From positions 32,001 to 96,000 of IMG/VR virus record IMGVR_UViG_3300037313_000197: 64,000 bases of DNA. One strand, written 5' to 3'. This DNA is from a virus. Below the pieces are notes generated by a model that saw nothing but the letters and a program-made list of their open reading frames with translations, did no database searches and had not been told where the DNA came from. This document shows, piece by piece, positions 28,181 through 37,657 of this stretch (the stretch's first letter is position 1; every line of letters begins with the position of its first letter). The position numbers were made by a program, and so were the translations under genes.

Positions 28181-28391
28181 CAGTGCGAACCTCCGTTAGT
28201 TCATGCTTCTCAAATGGAAAGACAGCGCCGGTATCAAGGCGAACCATCTTGTACGTCTCATGTGATCCTACAACAACACCCTCCCTGCCGACAAGATCAG
28301 ATAGCGAACCATCATTATCATTACCGGCAGCGAGGATGCTGCGATTAACTCTAACCTTCTTCACGGGGAAATCCTTCCACATTTCATGCAT
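28164..28391 (-). CDS. Hypothetical SH3/KOW-like small protein
   Basis: LVGREGVVV...VRLD pattern. Confidence 0.55.
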   Translation of the reverse strand: MHEMWKDFPVKKVRVNRSILAAGNDNDGSLSDLVGREGVVVGSHETYKMVRLDTGAVFPFEKHELTEVRTDVFPI

Positions 28392-28555
28392 TGCATCTGA
28401 GGCACGAGGGGTCCACCACGAGTGTAATCGAAACCCTCTTCAACCATCTGTCCTGTCCATCGTAGCCTATGAGTGATGCCGGGTCTACGTGGACAACGAT
28501 TAGACTCAATGATGCTTCTCAGTCTCCGTGCCTTACCTGTGGAAATGCGTTTCAT
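28361..28555 (-). CDS. Hypothetical protein
   Basis: Coupled ORF, Cys motifs. Confidence 0.55.
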   Translation of the reverse strand: MKRISTGKARRLRSIIESNRCPRRPGITHRLRWTGQMVEEGFDYTRGGPLVPQMQCMKCGRISP

Positions 28556-29316
28556 CGAATACGTTCCTTCATTGTAGGCTGGAAGTTGATTCCCATGTTG
28601 AAGATGATGGGAAGCATATCAAACATTTGCAAGAAGTCAATAGTCTTCGACGGGTCGACATTGAACATCTTTGTCAGTTCCTCACGCACGCGCTCTGCCG
28701 ACACACCGGCCACCTTGTAGGTCATGCCGACCATGGCATTACCAGTTTCCGTCTCAATATCGAAACCTTTGGTAACAGCAAAACGCATGGCTCGGAGGAT
28801 ACGCAGAGCATCCTCTTCAAAGCGCTCACGAGGGTCACCAACGGCACGAATAATTCGGTCCTTGATATCCTGCACACCATTGAAAGGATCGATCAGGTTG
28901 CCGTACTTGTCCTTTGCAATAGCATTCATACAAAAGTCTCTGCGGGCAAGATCATCCATCAGCGTACCCGGCTCAACATGGTCAGGACGACGGCCATCTG
29001 TGTAGTCGCTTTCCTTACGAGCAAGCACAAAGTCAGCAGTGAGATTCTTCGTAAGAGGACTAGCGGTTCCGCCAATAATAGCGCTCTGTGTCTGTGGAAA
29101 TTGAGCACGAACAGTCAGGAACTCGGGAGTTTCCAAGAAAACCTTGAAACCCTGACCTTCTAGGTATAAAACCATGTATTCAAACGGAGTAAACTGATTG
29201 TGCGCGGTGTAGGCATCGATATCTGCCTGCTCTAGAACGCAAGTAAAATCAACGTCCTTTGACCTGACACCGAGCAGTTCATCGCGAACCGCACCGCCTA
29301 CCATGTAGAATTCCAT
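28552..29316 (-). CDS. cca: Short class II tRNA nucleotidyltransferase (CCA-adding enzyme)
   Basis: VGGAVRD..G...DVD, RRDF..NAIA, DPFNG, EDALR templating motif; only 254 aa. Confidence 0.92.
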   Translation of the reverse strand: MEFYMVGGAVRDELLGVRSKDVDFTCVLEQADIDAYTAHNQFTPFEYMVLYLEGQGFKVFLETPEFLTVRAQFPQTQSAIIGGTASPLTKNLTADFVLARKESDYTDGRRPDHVEPGTLMDDLARRDFCMNAIAKDKYGNLIDPFNGVQDIKDRIIRAVGDPRERFEEDALRILRAMRFAVTKGFDIETETGNAMVGMTYKVAGVSAERVREELTKMFNVDPSKTIDFLQMFDMLPIIFNMGINFQPTMKERIR

Positions 29317-29604
29317 GGTGCTCTCCTAACTCTTGTCTGTTAAGAGCAGCCTACAGAACTGCCCGGTGCCTGTCAAGACTTATTCGTCTACAGATGCCTT
29401 GGCATCCTTTAGCGTGCGATGTAGGTCACCAACACGCGTATTATTTAGGGTGAATACTCCCCACAGTGTCTTACCTGTTTCTGTGTCTTCAACCTTCATA
29501 ATACGAAGACCATTTTCATTCCAATAGTCTCCACCTTCGCGCTTCCATGCCATTCTTGATACCTCCCCTCAGAGTGGTTTATTCAAGAATAGCACGATAT
29601 TAGT

Positions 29605-29790
29605 TTAGTCTCCTAGAACCTCAGTAAGTTGGTCACGAAGCGAACGAGCAGCCTCGTTGGTCATTTGCCACACAGGCATTCCCTCATGACGAGTGGATCG
29701 CATGGCAATTCGAACATTGTCCATGTCCACTGTGTAATCCTCATTCCTAGGCCGGGTGGCGACGATGAGAAGTCCATCAACAATACGCAT
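29605..29790 (-). CDS. Hypothetical protein
   Basis: AGGAG RBS. Confidence 0.6.
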   Translation of the reverse strand: MRIVDGLLIVATRPRNEDYTVDMDNVRIAMRSTRHEGMPVWQMTNEAARSLRDQLTEVLGD

Positions 29791-29798
29791 TATTTCTC

Positions 29799-30035
29799 CT
29801 AAGCGGTCAGAATTGCCAGTTTCTTGCACGTCTCGCAGTTCATTTCAAGTGCTCGGATTTCCTCAATAGTAAGCAGAGGATGATCAGGCTCTTCCTCCCA
29901 TGACTCCACGGTCCACGATGATGTTCCCATACAAAGGGTGAAGTGTCTACCCTTCATGTTGTATGTGGAAGGCCATGTTGGATTGTGGGCCAGATGCTTT
30001 GATCCATACCGCGTCACAACTTCAATATATTTCAT
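29799..30035 (-). CDS. Hypothetical protein
   Basis: Start trimmed to MKYIEV. Confidence 0.6.
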   Translation of the reverse strand: MKYIEVVTRYGSKHLAHNPTWPSTYNMKGRHFTLCMGTSSWTVESWEEEPDHPLLTIEEIRALEMNCETCKKLAILTA

Positions 30036-30039
30036 GTCA

Positions 30040-30252
30040 TCACATCCAGTGGTCAGAGGACCAGCCGGTGTTGTCAGCGTCGTTCTTGGCATCTTTGAGA
30101 TACTTACGATATGGGCTGATTCGCTTACCGTCAAGGTCAAACGCTGCCCAATACTCATTGCTAGCACGACGAATACCGAAAGTCGTCGGTACCTTGGAGA
30201 CACGAATGCCATTGTCGTTGTAGTAATCCTTACCTTCACGAACCCATGCCAT
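30040..30252 (-). CDS. Hypothetical protein
   Basis: AAGGAG RBS, own promoter. Confidence 0.65.
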   Translation of the reverse strand: MAWVREGKDYYNDNGIRVSKVPTTFGIRRASNEYWAAFDLDGKRISPYRKYLKDAKNDADNTGWSSDHWM

Positions 30253-30347
30253 GATTACTCCTTGCTCGTTCATCTATGTCGTGAACAGTCTACACCACAC
30301 CGGGCCGGTAGGCAAGAGCATTACCTCTGCGGGTATGCCAGCACTAC

Positions 30348-30671
30348 CTACTCCTTTGTCCAGATCATGTCATTGACCCAACTGTCTACTTCTTCAATCT
30401 TGGCATCTGGGATAAACCCAACTGCCAAACGAGCAGCGTGAAGGATAGTTTTTGCAATGTCCTCTGGAATAGTTATGGATTTCTCTGCACCGCCGCCGAT
30501 CTTTAGCGTTTCTTTCGGATAGCGTTTCCAAGAAATGTAACTTCCATCCTTCTTTACGGTAATCATTTTCTTACCGATGCTGCCAATCTTTCCGATTTCA
30601 GTAGTGCGAGCGCCAGTTGCGACAATAACCTCATCACCAATTGCTAGATCTTGTCCTAGTTTGTCCTTCAT
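30348..30671 (-). CDS. Hypothetical KOW-like protein
   Basis: DKLGQDLAIGDEV pattern. Confidence 0.7.
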   Translation of the reverse strand: MKDKLGQDLAIGDEVIVATGARTTEIGKIGSIGKKMITVKKDGSYISWKRYPKETLKIGGGAEKSITIPEDIAKTILHAARLAVGFIPDAKIEEVDSWVNDMIWTKE

Positions 30672-30723
30672 GTAGTCTCCTAAAATGAGTGTGCCCCTAG
30701 CGTAGTTACTAGGGGCAACACTG

Positions 30724-31869
30724 TCAAGCCTTAATTTCCAGACGAACTGCCTCAGAATCTCCCAGATTCATCTTGAACACGTTCGTAAGATCAGCCATGG
30801 AGTCAAACTTTCGTGGCTCTACCCCAAGTTCCTCGTCAAAAACGTAGCGGTACATGGAGCGAATCTGGTAGTCATCAGGAGCAGTGAGTTCCAACTTATA
30901 GTCAATACGTCCGGGGCGAATAAGAGCCGGGTCAAGAGAATCAACGTGGTTGGTAGTAATGAAGGTGATTAGACCACGTGGAGTAGCCACACCATCTAGA
31001 GCATTCAGCAGACCAGCCAGCGTAGGCGTTTCCTTTTCGGTATTACGAGACACCGTGCTGGTGAAGATATCGATATCTTCAATCAAAAGGATGGAGTCGT
31101 TCGTAACATCACCGATAAGAGCGGACAGAGACTTGTCATTAGTTACCGCGCTCAGGTTCAGGGTATACAGGTCCATACTCAACTCATTAGCCAGAGCAAG
31201 TGTCATGCTGCTCTTTCCATTACCCGGCTCGCCATAGAGCATATAGCCACGGTGCCATGGAATACCGACCCTATCGTAATCGTCAGGGCTGTTTCGGAAG
31301 TTATCGATATCGGTAAGCAGAGCCTCCTTGACACCCTCAGGAAGAAAGACCGAACCCATGGTGCGCTTGGGAAGGTAAATGCATTCCCATCCATAGTTAC
31401 CAACGCTAAAGAGACATGTCTTATTCTCGGTCTTAGCGGCCTTCTTACGAAGATCATCGAGAAGACGCTCTAGAGCACGGATTCCCTCTTCACCACTGGA
31501 AGAGAAAGTAAGAACTTCGCGGCGGTTGATAAGACGTGCACCACCCATGGCCTCCATTGGGCTATCAGGAGAGTCCTGACCCATCGAAACAGTCAACTTG
31601 TGACCATCGATGTAAACAGGAATACCCTCCTTGGCATCGAGGTATCGAGCAATGCCATCACGATCCACGAGAAACTTATAGTTCTTTCCGGTAACTCGCT
31701 CGTTGAGCCAAGCCATCAGTTCTCCGTAACCGAAAGCATCGTCTTCCACCGTGGCGAAGTACCTGTTTCGGTTGGTGTACCAATTGTGCAGGTTTTTGCC
31801 GTGGTTATAGATTGTCATTCCAAGAGCAACACCCTTGGCGACCTTTTCGATCTTTGACTTGGCGTCCAT
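30724..31869 (-). CDS. AAA+ ATPase, BCS1-like
   Basis: RGYMLYGEPGNGKS, LLIEDID, LLNALDG, TTNH, DPALIRPGRID. Confidence 0.92.
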   Translation of the reverse strand: MDAKSKIEKVAKGVALGMTIYNHGKNLHNWYTNRNRYFATVEDDAFGYGELMAWLNERVTGKNYKFLVDRDGIARYLDAKEGIPVYIDGHKLTVSMGQDSPDSPMEAMGGARLINRREVLTFSSSGEEGIRALERLLDDLRKKAAKTENKTCLFSVGNYGWECIYLPKRTMGSVFLPEGVKEALLTDIDNFRNSPDDYDRVGIPWHRGYMLYGEPGNGKSSMTLALANELSMDLYTLNLSAVTNDKSLSALIGDVTNDSILLIEDIDIFTSTVSRNTEKETPTLAGLLNALDGVATPRGLITFITTNHVDSLDPALIRPGRIDYKLELTAPDDYQIRSMYRYVFDEELGVEPRKFDSMADLTNVFKMNLGDSEAVRLEIKA

Positions 31870-32055
31870 TAATTACCTTTCAGGGAGTATCGACGGATGG
31901 AACACAACCATACCCGCCAGAAGCCTTAACTACAAGCACACCATGCTTATTGTCACATGTGCGCTTCTCATTGCCGTAGTAGATGATTCCTCCGATAATC
32001 AGGACAATCAGAAGAACAACACCTACAGTTGCACCAAACTTTTCCATAATGTTCC

Positions 32056-32367
32056 TTACTTGATGCCGAAGAAATTGTTGGCTCCAAGACTACTGTTAAA
32101 TCCATTGGAGAAGTTTCGATTGTACCACCGGCCAATACTAACGAAAAGTACGGTCATCATAACGAAGAACATTGCGAAGCCACCACCGAAGAGCATATAA
32201 CACATACCCATCTTGGGAGTCAGGTGCTTGAATCGCGCTCTGCCGGGACTAACCTCATGCTCCCATAGTGTCATGCCCTTACGAAACTTGTTTGTGATTC
32301 GGAAAGCGAGATACCCCAGAAGCATCCATCCCGCATAGATAGCGAGGATAATCATAAGTATAGTCAT
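32056..32367 (-). CDS. Membrane protein
   Basis: Two TM segments. Confidence 0.7.
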   Translation of the reverse strand: MTILMIILAIYAGWMLLGYLAFRITNKFRKGMTLWEHEVSPGRARFKHLTPKMGMCYMLFGGGFAMFFVMMTVLFVSIGRWYNRNFSNGFNSSLGANNFFGIK

Positions 32368-32368
32368 G

Positions 32369-32608
32369 TCAGCCCTTCTTGACACGAGTCACAGAAGTAA
32401 CACGATACTTCTTGACGCTCTTGACGTTCTTCTCGACAGCAGTCGTCTGGTCAGAATCACCATATCCGATGTAATACCGACCGGGAGCAACCTGAGCCAC
32501 AACAACCTCACGGTCACCGGCAGAATCGATTGCAGAAAACATCTGGTGGACATTCTCAGCCTGATAAGGCAGACCAAGGTCAGCGAAGAAACGGCTCTGA
32601 GTGGACAT
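32369..32608 (-). CDS. Hypothetical protein
   Basis: AAGGAG RBS. Confidence 0.7.
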   Translation of the reverse strand: MSTQSRFFADLGLPYQAENVHQMFSAIDSAGDREVVVAQVAPGRYYIGYGDSDQTTAVEKNVKSVKKYRVTSVTRVKKG

Positions 32609-32653
32609 ATTTTCTCCTTCGTCGTTCGGACTTGATGATGTAACTCTACATGC

Positions 32654-32959
32654 TCAGTTAGTACGGGTCAAGCCTTCGTCCCAACCTTCTACTCTCCAAA
32701 GTGGCGAATTTATCTTCGTTCCTATGGCCGGTAGAGGAGCATCTAATGGCAAGTATGCCCAACCTCTCCACCCCGGCCCGTCAGGACCGTCAGAAAAGGC
32801 CGGTGAGCGCTCGCAAAATTGATCCCCAATGACAGACAGGTTGCCAAAAACGCAGACGCTCTTATAGGGGAACTTATTCTCCTGTCTAAGAACGAGGCTT
32901 AGAATTAGGAAAGCGGTGGCAGCAAGAGCAACCACCATAATCCTTTTAGTTAAGCGCAT
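32654..32959 (-). CDS. Secreted/membrane hypothetical protein
   Basis: N-terminal hydrophobic helix. Confidence 0.6.
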   Translation of the reverse strand: MRLTKRIMVVALAATAFLILSLVLRQENKFPYKSVCVFGNLSVIGDQFCERSPAFSDGPDGPGWRGWAYLPLDAPLPAIGTKINSPLWRVEGWDEGLTRTN

Positions 32960-33266
32960 CGACTCCCCTTCGGTCAGCGTTCAACTGCTTGAAGAAGTAA
33001 TAAGAAGCCTTGACCCACTTGGCAGGGAAGTATAGCGCGGCGGGGATAATGGCAATAGGCAGGAAAATCACTGCCACAACAAGCCATACAGCCTTGTATA
33101 CCTCATTTGCTCTGTGCGCAAGAATCTTCTTGCTAGGGTACCGGTCATCACGTTCTGATCGGTAATCTGAAACCTTAATGCAGAGATACATAATTGAAGC
33201 AACAAGGCCGAACATTCCGATAATAACCCACAAAGGAAGAAGGACATTAATAAACAAATCCCACAT
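32946..33266 (-). CDS. Membrane protein
   Basis: Two TM segments. Confidence 0.7.
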   Translation of the reverse strand: MWDLFINVLLPLWVIIGMFGLVASIMYLCIKVSDYRSERDDRYPSKKILAHRANEVYKAVWLVVAVIFLPIAIIPAALYFPAKWVKASYYFFKQLNADRRGVDALN

Positions 33267-33389
33267 GGTAACCTCACTTAGTCAGACGGTCAATGAATCG
33301 AGAAATATGATATGCCGCGAACGGCACACCGCCAAGAATTACAATGCTCGTAATACCACCAATGAGGTTATCCATGTGGGACTCCTTTA

Positions 33390-33707
33390 TCAAATATTTG
33401 AAAGTTCTGCCAATAACTTGATTCCAGTCTTAGCCTCTACCGGCCCGACTAGTTCCCCATCCTTGAAAGCAAGGACGGTAGGAACGCTCTGAATCTTGTA
33501 AGAGTCTACAAGGTCACGATCAGCCTTGTCAATGTCCACAGCAAGGAACTTAACATCGCTCATCTTTTCAGACGTAGCCTCGTAGTGAGGGAGGAATCTT
33601 TGGCAAGGGATACACCAAGAAATTGCGTGGAAATCCACAACTACTACTCCACCGGCATCTAGCGCGGTGGTCAAATCACTTACAGACGAAATCTCTGTAA
33701 CACTCAA
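33390..33707 (-). CDS. trxA: Thioredoxin
   Basis: WCIPC active site, IQSVPT cis-Pro motif. Confidence 0.92.
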   Translation of the reverse strand: MSVTEISSVSDLTTALDAGGVVVVDFHAISWCIPCQRFLPHYEATSEKMSDVKFLAVDIDKADRDLVDSYKIQSVPTVLAFKDGELVGPVEAKTGIKLLAELSNI

Positions 33708-34129
33708 ACTGCATTCACTCCCTTAAAAGAAATCTTTACATCGCCTTCGAATGCCTTGTTGATCTGCTCTTCGGCAACCTTTAGAGCACCGGCAATATCA
33801 TCAGCGCGAACTTCAATTGTAACACCGCCAGTGACCTCGGCAACAATCTTAAACTTTGTTTCGGCAGTATTCTCAGTTGTCTCGTAGTTACGCTTTTCAA
33901 CGTCATCAACGCGAGCACCTTGATAAATGCCACGGATATAAGAATTGTAGAACTTACCGGCGCTAGTAGCATTACAAATACCATTGTAAGCACCCGGATT
34001 GACATTGACATAACCAGCAAACCCGCCGTGCTTGAACTCGACGGCTAAGGTCTTGTTCTGATAATCGTAATACACCTTCTTGATAGTGCTACTGTCAGGC
34101 TCAAAACTGTAATCATATACAAACTTCAT
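33704..34129 (-). CDS. KTSC-domain protein
   Basis: SSTIKKVYYD...LAVEFK...Y.NV...ATSAGKFYNSYIRG. Confidence 0.8.
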   Translation of the reverse strand: MKFVYDYSFEPDSSTIKKVYYDYQNKTLAVEFKHGGFAGYVNVNPGAYNGICNATSAGKFYNSYIRGIYQGARVDDVEKRNYETTENTAETKFKIVAEVTGGVTIEVRADDIAGALKVAEEQINKAFEGDVKISFKGVNAV

Positions 34130-34371
34130 TACTCTCCTAGAGTACCCATGTGTACGTAGATATCGTACACTGCTTCGTTGTCATCCATCTTTGTGATAAC
34201 TAGATGACCAACGGTTAACGTACCCCCGCCGACCTCATCCAACAAAACCGTAGCCCTCTCAACGGCGGTCTTGATTTCCTCGGCGGTAGGTACCTTGTCT
34301 TCACCATCAATATTCCAAGTAAAGTCTTGCAAAAGAAATTGCAATGCGATGCTGTCGTAATCTATTTTCAT
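34129..34371 (-). CDS. Hypothetical protein
   Basis: Coupled ORF. Confidence 0.65.
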   Translation of the reverse strand: MKIDYDSIALQFLLQDFTWNIDGEDKVPTAEEIKTAVERATVLLDEVGGGTLTVGHLVITKMDDNEAVYDIYVHMGTLGE

Positions 34372-34550
34372 AGAACTGAAATCACAGCCTGACGTACTTG
34401 CTTTTCTGCATCTGCCCAATCATTTCCTACGCCATGAGCGATGATTTCATCGTCCTGTCCAGACTCGTCAAAAGCCTGAGCAACGTAGTACATGATTTCG
34501 CCCTCTAGGTCGTCTTCCCAGATTTGAGCGCGTAGTGAATAGAACTTCAT
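34368..34550 (-). CDS. Hypothetical protein
   Basis: GGAG RBS. Confidence 0.65.
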   Translation of the reverse strand: MKFYSLRAQIWEDDLEGEIMYYVAQAFDESGQDDEIIAHGVGNDWADAEKQVRQAVISVL

Positions 34551-34567
34551 TTCTCTCCCTAATTAAG

Positions 34568-34641
34568 TGGGGAGCCTAGACGTTACTGCCACGTCTTCTT
34601 CAAGGCCACAACTTGACGCATCACTTTAATGCTTTAGGCTC
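34568..34641 (-). tRNA. tRNA-His(GTG), C73+CCA, no encoded G-1, atypical T-loop GGCAGTA
   Basis: Perfect cloverleaf GAGCCTA/GCAT/TCAAG-TTGTGGC-CTTGA/GACGT. Confidence 0.85.
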
Positions 34642-34643
34642 AG

Positions 34644-34714
34644 AGGGATATACGGGAATCGAACCCGTGCGATCACCATGGCAAGGTGACATGCGGCCAC
34701 AACATCTATATCCC
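34644..34714 (-). tRNA. tRNA-Gly(GCC)
   Basis: TCACC-TTGCCAT-GGTGA, TTCGATT T-loop, U73. Confidence 0.92.
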
Positions 34715-34736
34715 ATATTCAATTATATTGAGTCTA

Positions 34737-35204
34737 TCAGTCTCTAATCACTCTGTCAACAAAGGCTACATGGTTTTTAAGGATTTCTATGGCCTGCTTC
34801 TCCCACCAATACCCGCCATATCCATCCACGTGCTCAATTGCAAATGGGAAGCCAAGGTGTATAACAGGAACTCCATTGTCACGAGCGAAGTCGATTTCAT
34901 GCTGTGTGCCAAGGCCGGTAGGAACAGCAGAAGGCGTAAGGTTAAGAAGAACATCAGACTTCTCTACCGCCACGTCATTTAGAATTTGCATTCTCTCGTT
35001 CCATGGACCCTTGAATGCCTCCCAAGGCCGGTAGACAAGAAAGTCTGCCTTTACAAACGCCCGAGATAGTTCATCTCTCCACCACCTATACGAAACAGCA
35101 AGCGGGGTATCAAAACGATCTTCCTGCCACCAGTATTCAATCGGGCCTGCAAGATACAAAACCTTTGACTGTGAATATGATTCTTTACCGTAGATGCTTT
35201 CCAT
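34737..35204 (-). CDS. Nucleoside 2-deoxyribosyltransferase / dNMP N-glycosidase-like protein
   Basis: LYLAGPI, NDVAVEKSD, GTQHEIDFA..GVPV. Confidence 0.75.
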   Translation of the reverse strand: MESIYGKESYSQSKVLYLAGPIEYWWQEDRFDTPLAVSYRWWRDELSRAFVKADFLVYRPWEAFKGPWNERMQILNDVAVEKSDVLLNLTPSAVPTGLGTQHEIDFARDNGVPVIHLGFPFAIEHVDGYGGYWWEKQAIEILKNHVAFVDRVIRD

Positions 35205-35394
35205 ACCGGGCCTTTCGTTCAATGGACTCGTATGAATCCAAAATGTAAGCGGCGGCAGAGACAAAGAGAATAACGAAGACGCTCAATAGAACAACATGTA
35301 CAGGACTTACCGGCCACAACTTAACCATTGCCTGTCCAAAGACAATTAGCAGCGGCATCGGAAGAACCTTAACCAGAGACTTTGCCCAAATCAT
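35185..35394 (-). CDS. Membrane protein
   Basis: Two TM segments. Confidence 0.6.
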   Translation of the reverse strand: MIWAKSLVKVLPMPLLIVFGQAMVKLWPVSPVHVVLLSVFVILFVSAAAYILDSYESIERKARYGKHLR

Positions 35395-35396
35395 AG

Positions 35397-35621
35397 TCAG
35401 TCCTTAAACCGAAGAACGATGGTATTGCCCTTGACACACTGCCCGCCCTTGCCCTTTTCCTGAATACCATCAGCCTTGGCACCCAGAGCCTCACACGCCT
35501 GCGTCTTGGCGGTCTCAACCCTCTGAGTCCAGTTGGGAATAGTGATGGCCGCACCAAGAATGGCGAAAACTAGCATTGTGAAAAGACCACCAACAGCAAG
35601 TCCCGATCCAAAACCCTCCAT
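35397..35621 (-). CDS. Membrane-anchored hypothetical protein
   Basis: N-terminal TM, AAGGAG RBS. Confidence 0.7.
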   Translation of the reverse strand: MEGFGSGLAVGGLFTMLVFAILGAAITIPNWTQRVETAKTQACEALGAKADGIQEKGKGGQCVKGNTIVLRFKD

Positions 35622-35630
35622 GGGAACTCC

Positions 35631-35876
35631 TTAAATATCAGCGTTTGAAGGAGACGGCTTCTCGTTCAACTTGTAAGTCGAGTCTAGCACGACCCAACCC
35701 TGATCTTCAAGAGCCTCACGATGGAACTTTCCATGGTGTCCGCAGAACAGAATATCGCTGCCACCCTTAATTGCCTGCATAAAAGCCTGTGCGCCACAAC
35801 GGTCACACCTGTCTGCCACCACCAACTCACGTTCCGGCGATGCGCTAGAAAAAGCATTAAAAGTTAAGGTAGTCAT
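35631..35876 (-). CDS. Small Zn-binding protein of actinobacterial type
   Basis: DRCDRCGAQA...LFCGHHG. Confidence 0.75.
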   Translation of the reverse strand: MTTLTFNAFSSASPERELVVADRCDRCGAQAFMQAIKGGSDILFCGHHGKFHREALEDQGWVVLDSTYKLNEKPSPSNADI

Positions 35877-35909
35877 ATTGCGACCTTCTTTCATAGTGTG
35901 TTACTTGCG

Positions 35910-35980
35910 TAGCCTATCCCGGTAACGCTCCGAGGACTCAACATTGAGAGTGTTGCGAGTTACTTCTACTCCAATAGGCC
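35910..35980 (-). tRNA. tRNA-Glu(CTC) with atypical T-loop AGCGTTA
   Basis: CAACA-CTCTCAA-TGTTG anticodon arm; 7-bp acceptor stem. Confidence 0.8.
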
Positions 35981-36017
35981 ATGAGCCGGGGCTTTTTACA
36001 CCCCGGCCTGTAGTTTA

Positions 36018-36380
36018 TCATGCAGTTGCCGGTGGCGGCAAGTTCTTCTTTAGCAACATATTAGGCGGTGGTTCAGGAAGAGACTCACCCTTAGATTCAA
36101 GAAGTCGTCGTGCCTGTTCCAATTGTACTCTCAGCAAAAGAAGTTGCTCATATGCCTCAAAGTACTTTGCCTTCCACTCGTCTAGTTCCTTTTCCACTGC
36201 CTGCATTTCCTGCTTTAGAGCAGTCAACTCCGCTCTTAGTTCATTGCGGAGGTTTGTGGCAGTGTCATCCTTATCCTTTGCCTTCTTTAGTTTCGCTTCA
36301 ATCCACTTTAGTCCTGCACCGGCGAATACGGTTCCTAGGAACGTGAGAACCGGTACTAGCCAGTCGCTAATATTAGCCAC
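36018..36380 (-). CDS. TM plus coiled-coil protein
   Basis: N-terminal TM, heptad-rich C-terminus. Confidence 0.75.
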   Translation of the reverse strand: MANISDWLVPVLTFLGTVFAGAGLKWIEAKLKKAKDKDDTATNLRNELRAELTALKQEMQAVEKELDEWKAKYFEAYEQLLLLRVQLEQARRLLESKGESLPEPPPNMLLKKNLPPPATA

Positions 36381-36789
36381 CGCGCTTTTCTCTCCTGCGG
36401 GATTCAATTATGTGAAGAACACCAGCAGTGAAGGCAAGGGCAAGGATAAGAACCCAGATGATCGGTGTAAATCCAATAGTCAATAGTCTAAGGAGCACCA
36501 TGAAGAAGAAAGCACCAAACATCAGCATGGTGCCCCAATATCTTCCCCTTGCAGAATTCCGCACTACTCCGTAGAGCCCAACTGCGCCGGTAGTCATGTA
36601 ACTCGTTCCAATTACAATATGACCAATAGAGGAGTCACTAAGAACTCCTATTGCAGTGGTGCTTCCTCCTACATACCATGGACCAGCAATGTACACGCCT
36701 GTGATTAGAAGTGCAACTGCTAGGAAGCCCTGAATCAGATACTCAGGATGAGCCTCCATCCATGTAAGGGTTTTTGACAGTCTTGACAT
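36373..36789 (-). CDS. 4-TM membrane protein (holin-like candidate), leaderless
   Basis: TTGACT-N17-TATACT-6 nt-ATG; four hydrophobic helices. Confidence 0.7.
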   Translation of the reverse strand: MSRLSKTLTWMEAHPEYLIQGFLAVALLITGVYIAGPWYVGGSTTAIGVLSDSSIGHIVIGTSYMTTGAVGLYGVVRNSARGRYWGTMLMFGAFFFMVLLRLLTIGFTPIIWVLILALAFTAGVLHIIESRRREKRGG

Positions 36790-36859
36790 ACAATAAGTAT
36801 AATCTCGATACTATCAAAAGTCAACGATTCTCAAACTTGACTAAACCTTTACTCAGGTT

Positions 36860-37087
36860 TTACACAAACTCGTGTGCAGATATTTCCTTGCCAACGTAAC
36901 GATGCCTTTTAATGTACTCAGATACCGATTCAAAGCCATTTGCTCGACCATGAAGGATAATCAAATAACGTGGCTCGCGCTTTTCCTTAACGCAGTCGTT
37001 GCACAAGTAGAGAGTGGTAGCAGTTGCCAGCCTAGACCTCTGTGGAGTTAATTCATTCTTATTCTTACCACACGCGCTGCATGTCAT
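36860..37087 (-). CDS. Hypothetical Zn-finger protein
   Basis: CSAC...CNDC. Confidence 0.7.
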   Translation of the reverse strand: MTCSACGKNKNELTPQRSRLATATTLYLCNDCVKEKREPRYLIILHGRANGFESVSEYIKRHRYVGKEISAHEFV

Positions 37088-37331
37088 TCTTACTCACTCT
37101 CATTAGATAGCAGGGAATTCCTGCATTACGGATTTTTGTAATTACTACACCGGCCCATTCACCAATGCTTGTTTGTTGTGGAGTACTGTGCTCAGCGAAG
37201 TTCTCTAGGAACAGCACCAACATTAGACATGGGTCACCATCTGGGTGTGGTATTACTGCCCAATCTACGGAGCGATACGGCGGCGGTGTAGCACGACAAA
37301 TCTCTCCAACTACGGACCTTACATAGTCCAT
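37065..37331 (-). CDS. Hypothetical protein
   Basis: AAGGT RBS, coupled. Confidence 0.6.
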   Translation of the reverse strand: MDYVRSVVGEICRATPPPYRSVDWAVIPHPDGDPCLMLVLFLENFAEHSTPQQTSIGEWAGVVITKIRNAGIPCYLMRVSKNDMQRVW

Positions 37332-37348
37332 GTTATTGAAGATATTGA

Positions 37349-37657
37349 TTACGCCAAACGCGTTCGTATTTCTTGCCATGTTTCCTCTGTCTTGTGTGAA
37401 TTTCTGTTCTTGTCTGGCTTACCAGAGCCATTCCAGTATACACCACCCCAGACCCCTTGCTGTCCATCCATTCCCGCTTCGGCGCATTGCTTCATGACTG
37501 GACAATGTAGGCACATATCATCAACCTGCTTTGCAACATTCTGACTCTTTTCATAATCCTCAAAGAATAGGTCGGGATTATCTATTCTGTTACAAAGTGC
37601 TAGGTCGTGCCAAGTGAAAGTCGTAGGGTCTAACCCCATTTGTTCAAGGAGATTCAC
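37349..37657 (-). CDS. whiB: WhiB-family Fe-S transcription regulator
   Basis: ALC...PDLFF...MCLHCPVMKQC...GVWGG. Confidence 0.93.
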   Translation of the reverse strand: MNLLEQMGLDPTTFTWHDLALCNRIDNPDLFFEDYEKSQNVAKQVDDMCLHCPVMKQCAEAGMDGQQGVWGGVYWNGSGKPDKNRNSHKTEETWQEIRTRLA

